A stretch of 64,000 nucleotides of DNA from Escherichia coli. GTDB taxonomy: Bacteria; Pseudomonadota; Gammaproteobacteria; Enterobacterales; Enterobacteriaceae. The notes beneath the pieces are model-generated. The model was not told the origin of the DNA. It saw nothing but the letters and a program-made list of their open reading frames with translations, and ran no database searches. Numbering within the stretch: the stretch's first letter is position 1; every line of letters starts with the position of its first letter. A program made the translations under genes and the position numbers. The stretch lies in NCBI RefSeq assembly GCF_013122565.1, contig NZ_CP053258.1; one strand, written 5' to 3'. This document shows, piece by piece, positions 45,068 through 56,015 of this stretch.

Positions 45068-45304
45068 TGAATGAAGTATTAAGTTGCAATTGTCTGGTCA
45101 ATATTAACGGTGCGTTTTTGCTGACTTTAAGGCAGTATGTAACGATGCAACAGTAAGTTAGCCTTAGTGAATGTGGGCTTTGTCACGAGCACACAGACGG
45201 TCTTATACTGTATGATAACGGTTAACTTAACGGATGTTTCGCGGTGTGGGTGAGCATGATGGTTCACCGGCATCTCAATTCTCATTTAAACGTACCTGCA
45301 GCGA

Positions 45305-46318
45305 ATGAATACTGAAGCCACGCACGACCAAAATGAAGCACTTACTACCGGCGCTCGCCTGCGTAATGCTCGCGAACAACTAGGACTTAGTCAGCAGGCC
45401 GTTGCCGAGCGACTTTGCCTGAAGGTTTCCACGGTACGCGACATTGAAGAAGATAAGGCACCCGCCGATCTTGCTTCAACATTCCTGCGCGGATATATCC
45501 GCTCTTATGCGCGTCTGGTACATATTCCAGAAGAAGAACTGCTGCCAGGGCTGGAAAAGCAGGCTCCACTACGGGCTGCAAAAGTTGCGCCGATGCAGAG
45601 TTTTTCCCTCGGTAAACGCCGCAAAAAACGTGACGGCTGGCTGATGACCTTCACCTGGCTGGTGTTGTTTGTGGTTATCGGCCTGAGCGGTGCCTGGTGG
45701 TGGCAAGACCACAAAGCTCAGCAGGAAGAGATCACCACTATGGCCGATCAATCTTCGGCGGAACTGAGCAGTAATAGCGAGCAGGGGCAGAGTGTTCCGT
45801 TAAATACGTCGACAACTACAGATCCGGCTACAACGTCCACGCCGCCAGCGTCTGTGGATACTACCGCAACCAACACGCAAACACCTGCCGTAACTGCGCC
45901 AGCACCAGCTGTTGATCCGCAACAGAATGCGGTTGTCTCGCCTTCGCAGGCAAATGTTGAGACCGCCGCGACCCCGGCACCAACGGCAACAACAACGCCA
46001 GATGGCGCTGCGCCGTTGCCAACCGATCAGGCTGGCGTGACCACGCCGGCGGCTGATCCGAATGCGCTGGTGATGAACTTTACTGCCGATTGCTGGCTGG
46101 AGGTCACTGATGCTACCGGTAAAAAATTGTTTAGCGGTATGCAGCGTAAAGACGGTAATTTGAACTTAACCGGCCAGGCACCGTACAAACTGAAAATTGG
46201 TGCGCCAGCCGCAGTACAGATCCAGTATCAAGGGAAACCTGTCGATCTGAGTCGTTTTATCAGAACTAACCAGGTTGCGCGTCTGACCCTCAATGCCGAA
46301 CAATCACCGGCGCAGTAA
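45305..46318 (+). CDS. rodZ: Cytoskeleton protein RodZ
   Basis: N-terminal HTH, single TM segment ([21 protein letters not shown]), T/P-rich linker; 337 aa. Confidence 0.94.
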   Translation: MNTEATHDQNEALTTGARLRNAREQLGLSQQAVAERLCLKVSTVRDIEEDKAPADLASTFLRGYIRSYARLVHIPEEELLPGLEKQAPLRAAKVAPMQSFSLGKRRKKRDGWLMTFTWLVLFVVIGLSGAWWWQDHKAQQEEITTMADQSSAELSSNSEQGQSVPLNTSTTTDPATTSTPPASVDTTATNTQTPAVTAPAPAVDPQQNAVVSPSQANVETAATPAPTATTTPDGAAPLPTDQAGVTTPAADPNALVMNFTADCWLEVTDATGKKLFSGMQRKDGNLNLTGQAPYKLKIGAPAAVQIQYQGKPVDLSRFIRTNQVARLTLNAEQSPAQ

Positions 46319-46344
46319 CAGACGGGTAACGCGGGAGATTTTTC

Positions 46345-47463
46345 ATGCATAACCAGGCTCCAATTCAACGTAGAAAATCAACACGTATTTACGTTGGGAA
46401 TGTGCCGATTGGCGATGGTGCTCCCATCGCCGTACAGTCCATGACCAATACGCGTACGACAGACGTCGAAGCAACGGTCAATCAAATCAAGGCGCTGGAA
46501 CGCGTTGGCGCTGATATCGTCCGTGTATCCGTACCGACGATGGACGCGGCAGAAGCGTTCAAACTCATCAAACAGCAGGTTAACGTGCCGCTGGTGGCTG
46601 ACATCCACTTCGACTATCGCATTGCGCTGAAAGTAGCGGAATACGGCGTCGATTGTCTGCGTATTAACCCTGGCAATATCGGTAATGAAGAGCGTATTCG
46701 CATGGTGGTTGACTGTGCGCGCGATAAAAACATTCCAATCCGTATTGGCGTTAACGCCGGATCGCTGGAAAAAGATCTGCAAGAAAAGTATGGCGAACCG
46801 ACGCCGCAGGCGTTGCTGGAATCCGCCATGCGTCATGTTGATCATCTCGATCGCCTGAACTTCGATCAGTTCAAAGTTAGCGTGAAAGCGTCTGACGTCT
46901 TCCTCGCTGTTGAGTCTTATCGTTTGCTGGCAAAACAGATCGATCAGCCACTGCATCTGGGGATCACCGAAGCCGGTGGTGCGCGCAGTGGGGCAGTAAA
47001 ATCCGCCATTGGTTTAGGTCTGCTGCTGTCTGAAGGCATCGGCGACACGCTGCGCGTATCGCTGGCGGCCGATCCGGTCGAAGAGATCAAAGTCGGTTTC
47101 GATATTTTGAAATCGCTGCGTATCCGTTCGCGCGGGATCAACTTCATCGCCTGCCCAACCTGTTCGCGTCAGGAGTTTGATGTTATCGGTACGGTTAACG
47201 CGTTGGAGCAACGCCTGGAAGATATCATCACTCCGATGGACGTTTCGATAATCGGCTGCGTGGTGAATGGCCCAGGTGAGGCGCTGGTTTCTACACTCGG
47301 CGTCACCGGCGGCAACAAGAAAAGCGGCCTCTATGAAGATGGCGTGCGCAAAGACCGTCTGGACAACAACGATATGATCGACCAGCTGGAAGCACGCATT
47401 CGTGCGAAAGCCAGTCAGCTGGACGAAGCGCGTCGAATTGACGTTCAGCAGGTTGAAAAATAA
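46345..47463 (+). CDS. ispG: 4-hydroxy-3-methylbut-2-enyl diphosphate synthase
   Basis: Fe-S ligands CPTCSR...GCVVNGPGE; 372 aa. Confidence 0.96.
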
Positions 47464-47465
47464 TA

Positions 47466-47560
47466 ACGTGATGGGAAGCGCCTCGCTTCCCGTGTATGAT
47501 TGAACCCGCATGGCTCCCGAAACATTGAGGGAAGCGTTGAGGGTTCATTTTTATATTCAG
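47466..47560 (+). ncRNA. sroE: Possible SroE-like sRNA in the ispG-hisS intergenic region
   Basis: Position-only inference: I recall an sRNA (SroE) in the ispG-hisS spacer of E. coli; region contains hairpin gggaagcg-cctc-gcttccc (47473-47491). Sequence identity was not verified. Confidence 0.25.
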
Positions 47561-47573
47561 AAAGAGAATAAAC

Positions 47574-48863
47574 GTGTCGAAGAAAATTCAGTCTGTACGC
47601 GGTATGAATGATTATTTGCCAGTGGAAACCGCTGTATGGCAACGCGTTGAGCGCATAATTAAAAGCGTCGTTGAGTCTTACGGATACAGTGAGATTCGCA
47701 CACCTATTCTTGAGCAAACGCCACTGTTTAAGCGCGCTATCGGTGAAGTTACTGATGTTGTTGAAAAGGAGATGTACACCTTCAACGATCGTGAGCGTGA
47801 TGCGAAAGAGGTTGTTTCGTTAACTCTTCGCCCTGAAGGTACAGCAGGATGTGTACGCGCCGGCATCGAGCATGGCCTTCTGTACAATCAGGAACAGCGT
47901 TTGTGGTATATGGGACCGATGTTCCGCCACGAGCGCCCGCAAAAAGGGCGTTATCGTCAGTTCCACCAAATCGGTCTGGAAGTTTTCGGTCTGCAAGGTC
48001 CGGATATCGACGCTGAACTGATTATGCTCACCGCCCGCTGGTGGCGTGCGCTGGGTATCTCCGAACACGTAACTCTTGAGCTGAACTCTATCGGTTCGCT
48101 GGAAGCACGTGCCAATTACCGCGATGCGCTGGTGGCATTCCTCGAGCAGCATAAAGAAAAGCTGGACGAAGACTGCAAACGTCGCATGTACACTAACCCG
48201 CTGCGCGTGCTGGATTCAAAAAATCCGGAAGTGCAGGCGCTTCTCAACGACGCTCCGGCATTAGGTGATTATCTGGACGAGGAATCTCGTGAGCATTTTG
48301 CCGGTCTGTGCAAACTGCTTGAGAGCGCGGGGATCGCTTACACCGTAAACCAGCGTCTGGTGCGTGGTCTGGATTACTATAACCGTACCGTTTTCGAGTG
48401 GGTGACTAACAGTCTCGGCTCCCAGGGCACCGTGTGTGCAGGCGGTCGTTATGACGGTCTTGTGGAACAACTGGGCGGTCGTGCAACACCGGCTGTCGGT
48501 TTTGCGATGGGCCTCGAACGTCTTGTATTGTTAGTACAGGCCGTTAATCCGGAATTTAAAGCCGATCCTGTTGTCGATATCTATCTGGTGGCTTCAGGTG
48601 CTGATACACAATCTGCGGCTATGGCATTAGCTGAGCGTCTGCGTGATGAATTACCGGGCGTGAAACTGATGACCAACCACGGCGGCGGCAACTTTAAGAA
48701 ACAGTTTGCCCGTGCTGATAAATGGGGTGCCCGCGTTGCTGTGGTGCTGGGTGAGTCTGAAGTGGCTAACGGCACAGCTGTAGTGAAGGATTTGCGCTCT
48801 GGTGAGCAAACGGCAGTTGCGCAGGATAGCGTAGCCGCGCATTTGCGCACGTTACTGGGTTAA
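47574..48863 (+). CDS. hisS: Histidine--tRNA ligase
   Basis: Class II aaRS motifs; GTG start (first in-frame start; next Met would delete the conserved N-terminus); 429 aa; the first ~130 codons look divergent from the K-12 protein as I remember it. Confidence 0.93.
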   Translation: MSKKIQSVRGMNDYLPVETAVWQRVERIIKSVVESYGYSEIRTPILEQTPLFKRAIGEVTDVVEKEMYTFNDRERDAKEVVSLTLRPEGTAGCVRAGIEHGLLYNQEQRLWYMGPMFRHERPQKGRYRQFHQIGLEVFGLQGPDIDAELIMLTARWWRALGISEHVTLELNSIGSLEARANYRDALVAFLEQHKEKLDEDCKRRMYTNPLRVLDSKNPEVQALLNDAPALGDYLDEESREHFAGLCKLLESAGIAYTVNQRLVRGLDYYNRTVFEWVTNSLGSQGTVCAGGRYDGLVEQLGGRATPAVGFAMGLERLVLLVQAVNPEFKADPVVDIYLVASGADTQSAAMALAERLRDELPGVKLMTNHGGGNFKKQFARADKWGARVAVVLGESEVANGTAVVKDLRSGEQTAVAQDSVAAHLRTLLG

Positions 48864-48880
48864 GGAAGGAGAAGGACAGC

Positions 48881-49501
48881 GTGGAAATTTACGAGAACGA
48901 AAACGACCAGGTTGAAGCGGTTAAACGCTTTTTTGCTGAAAATGGCAAAGCACTGGCTGTTGGGGTGATTTTGGGCGTTGGCGCACTGATTGGCTGGCGC
49001 TACTGGAACAGCCATCAGGTTGATTCTGCACGCTCCGCTTCTCTTGCCTATCAAAATGCGATTACCGCAGTGAGCGAAGGCAAACCGGATAGTATCCCGG
49101 CGGCGGAAAAATTTGCTGCTGAAAATAAAAATACCTATGGTGCGCTGGCTTCTTTGGAACTTGCGCAGCAATTTGTTGACAAAAATGAACTAGAGAAAGC
49201 TGCCGCCCAGTTACAACAGGGGCTGGCAGACACGAGCGATGAAAATCTCAAAGCCGTGATAAATCTGCGTCTTGCTCGCGTTCAGATACAGCTCAAGCAG
49301 GCTGATGCCGCGCTGAAAACCCTTGATACCATCAAAGGTGAAGGGTGGGCTGCCATTGTTGCCGACCTGCGTGGTGAAGCATTGCTGAGCAAAGGTGATA
49401 AGCAAGGTGCGCGTAGTGCATGGGAAGCAGGCGTGAAAAGCGATGTTACTCCGGCACTGAGCGAAATGATGCAGATGAAAATTAATAATTTGTCCATCTG
49501 A
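48881..49501 (+). CDS. yfgM: TPR-like membrane-anchored protein YfgM
   Basis: GTG start; translation …EIYENENDQVEAVKRFFAENGKALAVGVILGVGALIGW (TM anchor); 206 aa. Confidence 0.92.
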   Translation: MEIYENENDQVEAVKRFFAENGKALAVGVILGVGALIGWRYWNSHQVDSARSASLAYQNAITAVSEGKPDSIPAAEKFAAENKNTYGALASLELAQQFVDKNELEKAAAQLQQGLADTSDENLKAVINLRLARVQIQLKQADAALKTLDTIKGEGWAAIVADLRGEALLSKGDKQGARSAWEAGVKSDVTPALSEMMQMKINNLSI

Positions 49502-49511
49502 GAGGGACCCG

Positions 49512-50690
49512 ATGCAATTGCGTAAATTACTGCTGCCAGGACTGCTTTCCGTTACCCTTTTAAGCGGCTGTTCGCTGTTTAACAGCGAAGAAGATGTGGT
49601 AAAGATGTCCCCATTGCCGACCGTTGAAAACCAGTTTACGCCGACCACGGCGTGGAGCACTTCCGTTGGTAGCGGCATTGGCAACTTCTATTCCAATCTT
49701 CATCCGGCACTGGCGGACAACGTTGTCTATGCAGCGGACCGCGCTGGTTTAGTAAAAGCGCTGAATGCGGATGATGGCAAAGAAATCTGGTCTGTCAGCC
49801 TGGCCGAGAAAGATGGCTGGTTCTCTAAAGAGCCTGCATTACTTTCTGGCGGTGTGACCGTGTCTGGTGGGCATGTCTACATTGGCAGCGAAAAGGCGCA
49901 GGTTTACGCGCTGAATACCAGCGATGGTACTGTGGCATGGCAAACTAAAGTCGCGGGTGAAGCACTTTCGCGCCCGGTGGTCAGCGACGGTCTGGTGTTA
50001 ATCCACACCAGTAACGGTCAGTTACAGGCGCTGAACGAAGCTGACGGCGCTGTCAAATGGACAGTTAACCTCGATATGCCTTCGCTCTCTTTGCGTGGCG
50101 AGTCTGCGCCAGCAACGGCTTTTGGTGCGGCCGTCGTGGGTGGCGATAATGGTCGCGTCAGTGCAGTGCTGATGGAACAAGGCCAGATGATTTGGCAGCA
50201 GCGTATTTCCCAGGCGACCGGTTCTACCGAAATTGACCGTCTGAGTGATGTTGACACGACTCCCGTCGTTGTTAACGGCGTTGTTTTCGCGCTGGCCTAT
50301 AATGGTAACCTGACGGCGCTTGATCTGCGCAGTGGTCAGATTATGTGGAAACGCGAACTGGGTTCGGTGAATGATTTCATCGTCGACGGCAATCGCATCT
50401 ATCTGGTCGATCAAAATGACCGGGTGATGGCGTTGACCATTGATGGCGGCGTTACGCTGTGGACACAAAGTGATCTGCTACATCGCCTGCTGACTTCTCC
50501 GGTGCTGTATAATGGCAACCTGGTGGTAGGTGACAGTGAAGGTTATCTGCACTGGATTAACGTCGAAGATGGTCGTTTCGTTGCCCAGCAAAAAGTTGAT
50601 AGTTCCGGTTTCCAGACTGAACCGGTTGCCGCTGACGGCAAACTGCTGATCCAGGCAAAAGACGGAACCGTGTACTCTATTACACGTTAA
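49512..50690 (+). CDS. bamB: Outer membrane protein assembly factor BamB (PQQ beta-propeller lipoprotein)
   Basis: Lipoprotein signal with lipobox LSGC; 392 aa. Confidence 0.95.
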   Translation: MQLRKLLLPGLLSVTLLSGCSLFNSEEDVVKMSPLPTVENQFTPTTAWSTSVGSGIGNFYSNLHPALADNVVYAADRAGLVKALNADDGKEIWSVSLAEKDGWFSKEPALLSGGVTVSGGHVYIGSEKAQVYALNTSDGTVAWQTKVAGEALSRPVVSDGLVLIHTSNGQLQALNEADGAVKWTVNLDMPSLSLRGESAPATAFGAAVVGGDNGRVSAVLMEQGQMIWQQRISQATGSTEIDRLSDVDTTPVVVNGVVFALAYNGNLTALDLRSGQIMWKRELGSVNDFIVDGNRIYLVDQNDRVMALTIDGGVTLWTQSDLLHRLLTSPVLYNGNLVVGDSEGYLHWINVEDGRFVAQQKVDSSGFQTEPVAADGKLLIQAKDGTVYSITR

Positions 50691-50711
50691 TCGTCTCTGT
50701 CGTTCACTTTG

Positions 50712-50749
50712 AAAACGGCTCCTGGACAGGGGCCGTTTTCCTGTTTTTA
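50712..50749 (+). terminator. Rho-independent terminator downstream of bamB
   Basis: Stem aaaacggc-t-cctg / cagg-g-gccgtttt followed by cctgttttt. Confidence 0.65.
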
Positions 50750-50807
50750 ACAACGACGCGAATATAGCGTGCGTTGTCTGATGATTTATAAAAATGAGGC
50801 TTTAAAC

Positions 50808-52280
50808 ATGGTACCTGTGGTCGCGCTTGTCGGGCGCCCTAACGTAGGAAAATCCACGTTATTTAACCGTCTAACTCGCACCCGAGATGCGCTGGTTGCG
50901 GATTTCCCGGGTCTGACTCGTGACCGTAAGTACGGTCGTGCGGAAATTGAAGGCCGTGAGTTTATCTGTATTGATACCGGCGGGATTGATGGTACAGAAG
51001 ACGGTGTAGAAACCCGCATGGCGGAACAGTCGCTGCTGGCGATTGAAGAAGCGGACGTCGTACTGTTTATGGTGGATGCGCGCGCGGGCCTGATGCCGGC
51101 AGATGAAGCGATTGCCAAACATCTGCGCTCCCGTGAAAAACCGACCTTCCTGGTGGCAAACAAAACTGACGGTCTGGATCCCGATCAGGCAGTGGTTGAT
51201 TTCTACTCGCTTGGTTTAGGTGAAATCTACCCGATCGCCGCGTCTCACGGTCGTGGCGTATTAAGTCTGCTGGAGCATGTGCTACTGCCGTGGATGGAAG
51301 ATCTCGCACCGCAAGAGGAAGTCGACGAAGACGCTGAATACTGGGCGCAATTTGAAGCGGAAGAGAACGGCGAAGAAGAAGAGGAAGACGACTTCGACCC
51401 GCAAAGTCTGCCGATCAAACTGGCGATTGTGGGTCGTCCGAACGTAGGTAAGTCTACACTCACTAACCGTATTCTTGGTGAAGAGCGCGTTGTTGTTTAT
51501 GACATGCCTGGTACGACGCGTGACAGTATCTACATTCCAATGGAACGCGATGGACGTGAGTATGTGCTCATTGACACCGCTGGCGTACGTAAACGCGGTA
51601 AAATCACCGATGCTGTAGAGAAATTCTCCGTAATCAAAACGTTGCAGGCCATTGAAGATGCCAACGTGGTGATGTTGGTGATTGATGCGCGCGAAGGTAT
51701 TTCCGATCAGGATCTCTCCCTGCTGGGCTTTATTCTCAATAGTGGGCGCTCACTTGTCATTGTGGTGAATAAGTGGGATGGCCTGAGCCAGGAAGTGAAA
51801 GAGCAGGTGAAAGAAACGCTGGACTTCCGTCTGGGCTTTATCGATTTTGCTCGTGTGCACTTTATCTCTGCCTTGCACGGCAGTGGTGTTGGTAACTTGT
51901 TTGAATCAGTACGTGAAGCGTATGACAGCTCCACCCGTCGTGTGGGGACCTCTATGCTGACGCGCATCATGACGATGGCTGTTGAAGATCACCAACCGCC
52001 GCTGGTACGCGGTCGTCGTGTGAAGCTGAAATATGCACACGCCGGTGGTTATAATCCGCCGATTGTGGTGATTCACGGTAACCAGGTGAAAGACCTGCCT
52101 GATTCCTACAAGCGTTACTTGATGAACTACTTCCGCAAATCGCTGGACGTAATGGGATCGCCGATTCGTATTCAGTTCAAAGAAGGGGAAAACCCGTATG
52201 CGAACAAGCGTAACACCCTGACGCCAACCCAGATGCGTAAACGTAAGCGCCTGATGAAGCACATCAAGAAAAGTAAGTAA
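50808..52280 (+). CDS. der: Ribosome assembly GTPase Der (EngA), tandem GTPase domains
   Basis: Two G1 motifs GRPNVGKST (N-terminal and about residue 213), acidic linker, KH-like C-terminus; start at internal ATG 50808 giving 490 aa. Confidence 0.96.
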   Translation: MVPVVALVGRPNVGKSTLFNRLTRTRDALVADFPGLTRDRKYGRAEIEGREFICIDTGGIDGTEDGVETRMAEQSLLAIEEADVVLFMVDARAGLMPADEAIAKHLRSREKPTFLVANKTDGLDPDQAVVDFYSLGLGEIYPIAASHGRGVLSLLEHVLLPWMEDLAPQEEVDEDAEYWAQFEAEENGEEEEEDDFDPQSLPIKLAIVGRPNVGKSTLTNRILGEERVVVYDMPGTTRDSIYIPMERDGREYVLIDTAGVRKRGKITDAVEKFSVIKTLQAIEDANVVMLVIDAREGISDQDLSLLGFILNSGRSLVIVVNKWDGLSQEVKEQVKETLDFRLGFIDFARVHFISALHGSGVGNLFESVREAYDSSTRRVGTSMLTRIMTMAVEDHQPPLVRGRRVKLKYAHAGGYNPPIVVIHGNQVKDLPDSYKRYLMNYFRKSLDVMGSPIRIQFKEGENPYANKRNTLTPTQMRKRKRLMKHIKKSK

Positions 52281-52339
52281 TTACTTATCTGGTTTCCCTT
52301 TTCTCATGGAGAGGGAAACCGAATAACACGCGAGGAGTA

Positions 52340-52558
52340 TTGATGGAATTCAATTGCCCAACCTGCCATAAACCTCTCGAACATCACGGCGAGACGGCTC
52401 ATTGCGTAACTTGCGACAAAGATTTCACCATCCAGGCACTTTGCCCTGACTGCCATCAGCCGCTACAGGTGTTAAAGGCTTGTGGCGCTGTGGACTATTT
52501 CTGCCAACATGGCCACGGATTAATTTCTAAAAAACGCGTTGAGTTTATTATTGCTTAA
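52340..52558 (+). CDS. yfgJ: Small zinc-ribbon protein YfgJ
   Basis: 72 aa with two CxxC…HxxxC pairs (CPTCHKPLEHHGETAHCVTC and CPDCHQPLQVLKACGAVDYFCQHGH); GAGGAG Shine-Dalgarno at 52331-52336. Confidence 0.85.
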   Translation: MMEFNCPTCHKPLEHHGETAHCVTCDKDFTIQALCPDCHQPLQVLKACGAVDYFCQHGHGLISKKRVEFIIA

Positions 52559-52767
52559 TATCATCTGAATGTATGGTTTTATCATTTGTATTTAATATAT
52601 AAATGATAAAGCCATCTCTTATTGGTTAAATCACTAGTACATGTGAGTGAAATCATTTTGATAAATTTTTAGGAATATATTTAGTTTTTCTGACGTGCCT
52701 TCCTGAATGTTCTGGCATAGAATATTAGAGCTTATTCATCAAATTATCATTGCCACAGGGAAAGTGC

Positions 52768-54942
52768 ATGCTGCGATGGAGTCGCTTTATAATGTTACTA
52801 TTTATCTCTGCTGCAACTCCTGCGGCAGAGATAAATAGTAAGCAAAATGAATCGTTACCTGATTTAGGCAGCCAGGCGGCTCAACAAGTAGAACAAACGG
52901 ATAAGGGTAAATCGTTAAAAGAGCGTGGAGCCGATTACGTCATCGATTCTGCTACGCAAGGGTTCGAAAACCTGACCCCCGAGGCGCTGGAATCTCAGGC
53001 CAGAAGCTATCTGCAAAGTCAAATCACCTCAACCGCGCAATCTTATATTGAAGAGACACTCTCTCCCTACGGTAAGGTCCGTTCGAATCTCTCTATTGGT
53101 CAAGGTGGCGATCTGGATGGTAGCTCCATCGATTATTTTGTTCCCTGGTATGATAATCAAACGACCGTTTATTTCAGTCAATTTTCTGCGCAACGAAAAG
53201 AGGACCGTACGATCGGGAATATCGGAATTGGAGCAAGACATAATTTCGATGAATGGCTTTTGGGTGGAAATATATTTTACGATTATGATTTCACCCGTGG
53301 GCATCGACGTTTAGGTTTGGGGACAGAGGCCTGGACCAATTATTTAAAATTTTCTGGCAACTATTATCATCCGCTCTCTGACTGGAAAGACTCTGAAGAT
53401 TTCGACTTTTATGAAGAGCGCCCTGCGCGCGGTTGGGATATTCGCGCTGAAGCCTGGTTACCTTCTTATCCGCAACTGGGGGGCAAAATTGTCTTCGAGC
53501 AATATTACGGTGATGAAGTCGCCCTTTTTGGTACGGATAATTTAGAGAAAGATCCCTATGCGGTGACGCTAGGACTGAATTATCAACCGGTACCGTTACT
53601 GACAGTTGGAACGGATTATAAAGCGGGGACAGGAGATAACAGCGATGTCAGCATTAATGCCACTCTTAATTATCAATTCGGCGTTCCGCTAAAAGATCAA
53701 CTCGACAGCAATAAAGTAAAAGCAGCCCACTCGTTGATGGGCAGTCGCCATGATTTTGTCGAGCGTAATAACTTTATCGTCCTGGAATATAAAGAGAAAG
53801 ACCCTCTGGATGTGACGTTGTGGCTGAAAGCGGATGCGACCAACGAGCACCCTGAGTGCGTCATTAAGGACACTCCAGAAGCGGCGATCGGGCTGGAAAA
53901 ATGTAAGTGGACCATTAACGCACTGATCAATCACCACTACAAAATTGTCGCTGCGTCATGGCAGGCGAAAAACAATGCCGCCCGCACGCTGGTGATGCCG
54001 GTCATCAAAGAAAATACCATCACTGAAGGCAACAACAACCACTGGAATCTGATACTGCCAGCCTGGCAGTACAGCTCTGACAAAGCCGAGCAGGAAAAAC
54101 TCAACACCTGGCGGGTACGGCTGGCGCTGGAAGATGAAAAGGGTAATCGGCAAAACTCCGGCCTGGTTGAGATCACCGTTCAGCAGGACCGTAAAATTGA
54201 GCTGACCGTCAATAACATTGCTGATGTGCCTGATGAGAATAACCACAGCCATGAAGCCAGCGCTCAGGCGGATGGCGTTGATGGTGTGGTCATGGACCTC
54301 GAGGTGACGGACAGTTTTGGCGATAACACGGACCGCAACGGTGATGCTCTGCCAGAAGATAATCTTGCACCGCAGCTCTACGACGCTCAGGACAAAAAAG
54401 TCACGCTAACCAATAAACCCTGCTCGACCGACAACCCCTGCGTGTTTATTGCCAAACAAGATAAAGAAAAGGGAACGGTAACCCTCTCCAGTACATTGCC
54501 AGGCGTTTTCCGCTGGAAAGCGAAAGCGGCTCCCTACGATGACAGTAACTATGTGGATGTCACGTTTATTGGATCTGATATCGGCGGGCTTAATGCTTTC
54601 ATTTACCGGCTTGGGGGAGCGAAGCCAGTCAATTTGATCGGCAATGATAAAGACCCCCTGCCGCTGGGCAACACGTACCGATTTGTGTTGTGGCGTGATG
54701 CCAACAAAGACGGCGTTTTTCAGCAGTCGGAAAAACTAACCGATGAAGAGATGACTCAGTACGACTACAAGTGGGAATTTACCGGCAAGAGCATCAATGG
54801 CGAAGTAGGTGCGCAGGCGAACACATCCAATGCAGACATTGTAATACCGGCGACCAACCGTGAAGCGGCGCAATCCTATGGTGCAAAAGTGGAAGATGGC
54901 TTGCAGGGTTACGGTTTACGCGTGCTGTACACCAAAAAATAA
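52768..54942 (+). CDS. sinH: Intimin/invasin-family outer membrane protein (inverse autotransporter), SinH-like
   Basis: Signal peptide MLRWSRFIMLLFISAATPAAE; central region aligns by eye with the invasin/intimin beta-barrel domain (…EAWTNYLKFSGNYYHP…ERPARGWDIRAEAWLPSYPQLGGKIVFEQYYGDEVALFG…RNNFIVLEYKE); ATG at 52768 (track ORF starts at upstream TTG). Confidence 0.8.
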   Translation: MLRWSRFIMLLFISAATPAAEINSKQNESLPDLGSQAAQQVEQTDKGKSLKERGADYVIDSATQGFENLTPEALESQARSYLQSQITSTAQSYIEETLSPYGKVRSNLSIGQGGDLDGSSIDYFVPWYDNQTTVYFSQFSAQRKEDRTIGNIGIGARHNFDEWLLGGNIFYDYDFTRGHRRLGLGTEAWTNYLKFSGNYYHPLSDWKDSEDFDFYEERPARGWDIRAEAWLPSYPQLGGKIVFEQYYGDEVALFGTDNLEKDPYAVTLGLNYQPVPLLTVGTDYKAGTGDNSDVSINATLNYQFGVPLKDQLDSNKVKAAHSLMGSRHDFVERNNFIVLEYKEKDPLDVTLWLKADATNEHPECVIKDTPEAAIGLEKCKWTINALINHHYKIVAASWQAKNNAARTLVMPVIKENTITEGNNNHWNLILPAWQYSSDKAEQEKLNTWRVRLALEDEKGNRQNSGLVEITVQQDRKIELTVNNIADVPDENNHSHEASAQADGVDGVVMDLEVTDSFGDNTDRNGDALPEDNLAPQLYDAQDKKVTLTNKPCSTDNPCVFIAKQDKEKGTVTLSSTLPGVFRWKAKAAPYDDSNYVDVTFIGSDIGGLNAFIYRLGGAKPVNLIGNDKDPLPLGNTYRFVLWRDANKDGVFQQSEKLTDEEMTQYDYKWEFTGKSINGEVGAQANTSNADIVIPATNREAAQSYGAKVEDGLQGYGLRVLYTKK

Positions 54943-54996
54943 GATTGGCGTAAGGCCAGTCGGCCAGTCGCTGAAGATTCATTAAGGAGAGACTCA

Positions 54997-55974
54997 ATGA
55001 AGCAGGACAAAAGACGCGGTCTGACCCGGATCGCATTGGCGCTGGCACTGGCTGGTTACTGCGTGACGCCCCTGGCGCTGGCGGAAGACAGCGCGTGGAT
55101 CGACAGCGGCGAGACCAATATTTTCCAGGGGACTATTCCGTGGCTCTACCCCGTTGATGAAGATGAGGTAACTGGCGCGGGTCGGGTGACGTTAACCTCT
55201 GACTATAAAGGTACTCGTCCGTCGGGAAGTACATCCGACAAGCGTATGTACTCTGGCGACAAATTAACGCTCAGTTGGGTGATTGGCGATACTGAAGGCG
55301 ACGTCGATCTTGGTACGGCGGGTAAAGATGCAAAAACCATCGACACCATCCGCTGGATGAGCTACAAGGACGCCCAGGGTGGCGATCCGAAAGAGCTGGC
55401 AACAAAGGTGACCACTTACACCCTTACCGATGCCGACCGTGGTCGTTATATCGGTATTGAAATTACCCCAACCACCCAGACGGGTACGCCATACGTTGGG
55501 ACTGCGCTGCATCTTTATGATGTTTCGAATGCTAACGGCGGGGGAAGCGATAAAGATAACGTTGATCCAGGACCGGTAGTTAACCAGAACCTGAAAGTCG
55601 CCATCTTTGTTAAAGACACCTCGACTAACCTCATTAACGGTAGTACGCCAATCCAGTTGGGCAAAACGTACGTCGCCAAACTGTACTCGGATGAGAACAA
55701 AAACGGTCAGTATGACGCAGGTACTGACGTTGATGTTACCGCCAATTACGACTTCCGTTGGGTTCTTTCTGACACCAGCGATCAGCTCGGTACGGGGGGC
55801 GGCATTGTTAACTCAAGCTTCGATAATCAAAACCTGGTCATCCCTGCGACCAACGACGAAGCCAGAACCAACCTTAACGGCCCTGCTCGTGATGGCAAAG
55901 ATGCCCTTGCGATCCCGACCAACGGCGATGGGGTTCAGGGTTACAAACTGCAGATTATCTACAAACACAAATAA
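54997..55974 (+). CDS. sinI: Secreted protein with SinH-like C-terminal domain, SinI-like
   Basis: Signal peptide MKQDKRRGLTRIALALALAGYCVTPLALA; C-terminus (…LVIPATNDEA…DGVQGYKLQIIYKHK) parallels the SinH C-terminus (…IVIPATNREA…DGLQGYGLRVLYTKK). Confidence 0.7.
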   Translation: MKQDKRRGLTRIALALALAGYCVTPLALAEDSAWIDSGETNIFQGTIPWLYPVDEDEVTGAGRVTLTSDYKGTRPSGSTSDKRMYSGDKLTLSWVIGDTEGDVDLGTAGKDAKTIDTIRWMSYKDAQGGDPKELATKVTTYTLTDADRGRYIGIEITPTTQTGTPYVGTALHLYDVSNANGGGSDKDNVDPGPVVNQNLKVAIFVKDTSTNLINGSTPIQLGKTYVAKLYSDENKNGQYDAGTDVDVTANYDFRWVLSDTSDQLGTGGGIVNSSFDNQNLVIPATNDEARTNLNGPARDGKDALAIPTNGDGVQGYKLQIIYKHK

Positions 55975-55983
55975 CACTTGCTC

Positions 55984-56011
55984 AACAGCATTCCCGCAAG
56001 GGAATGCTGTT
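55984..56011 (+). terminator. Terminator-like hairpin downstream of sinI
   Basis: 12-bp stem aacagcattccc / gggaatgctgtt with GCAA loop, followed by T-rich tccgcatatttt. Confidence 0.6.
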
Positions 56012-56015
56012 TCCG

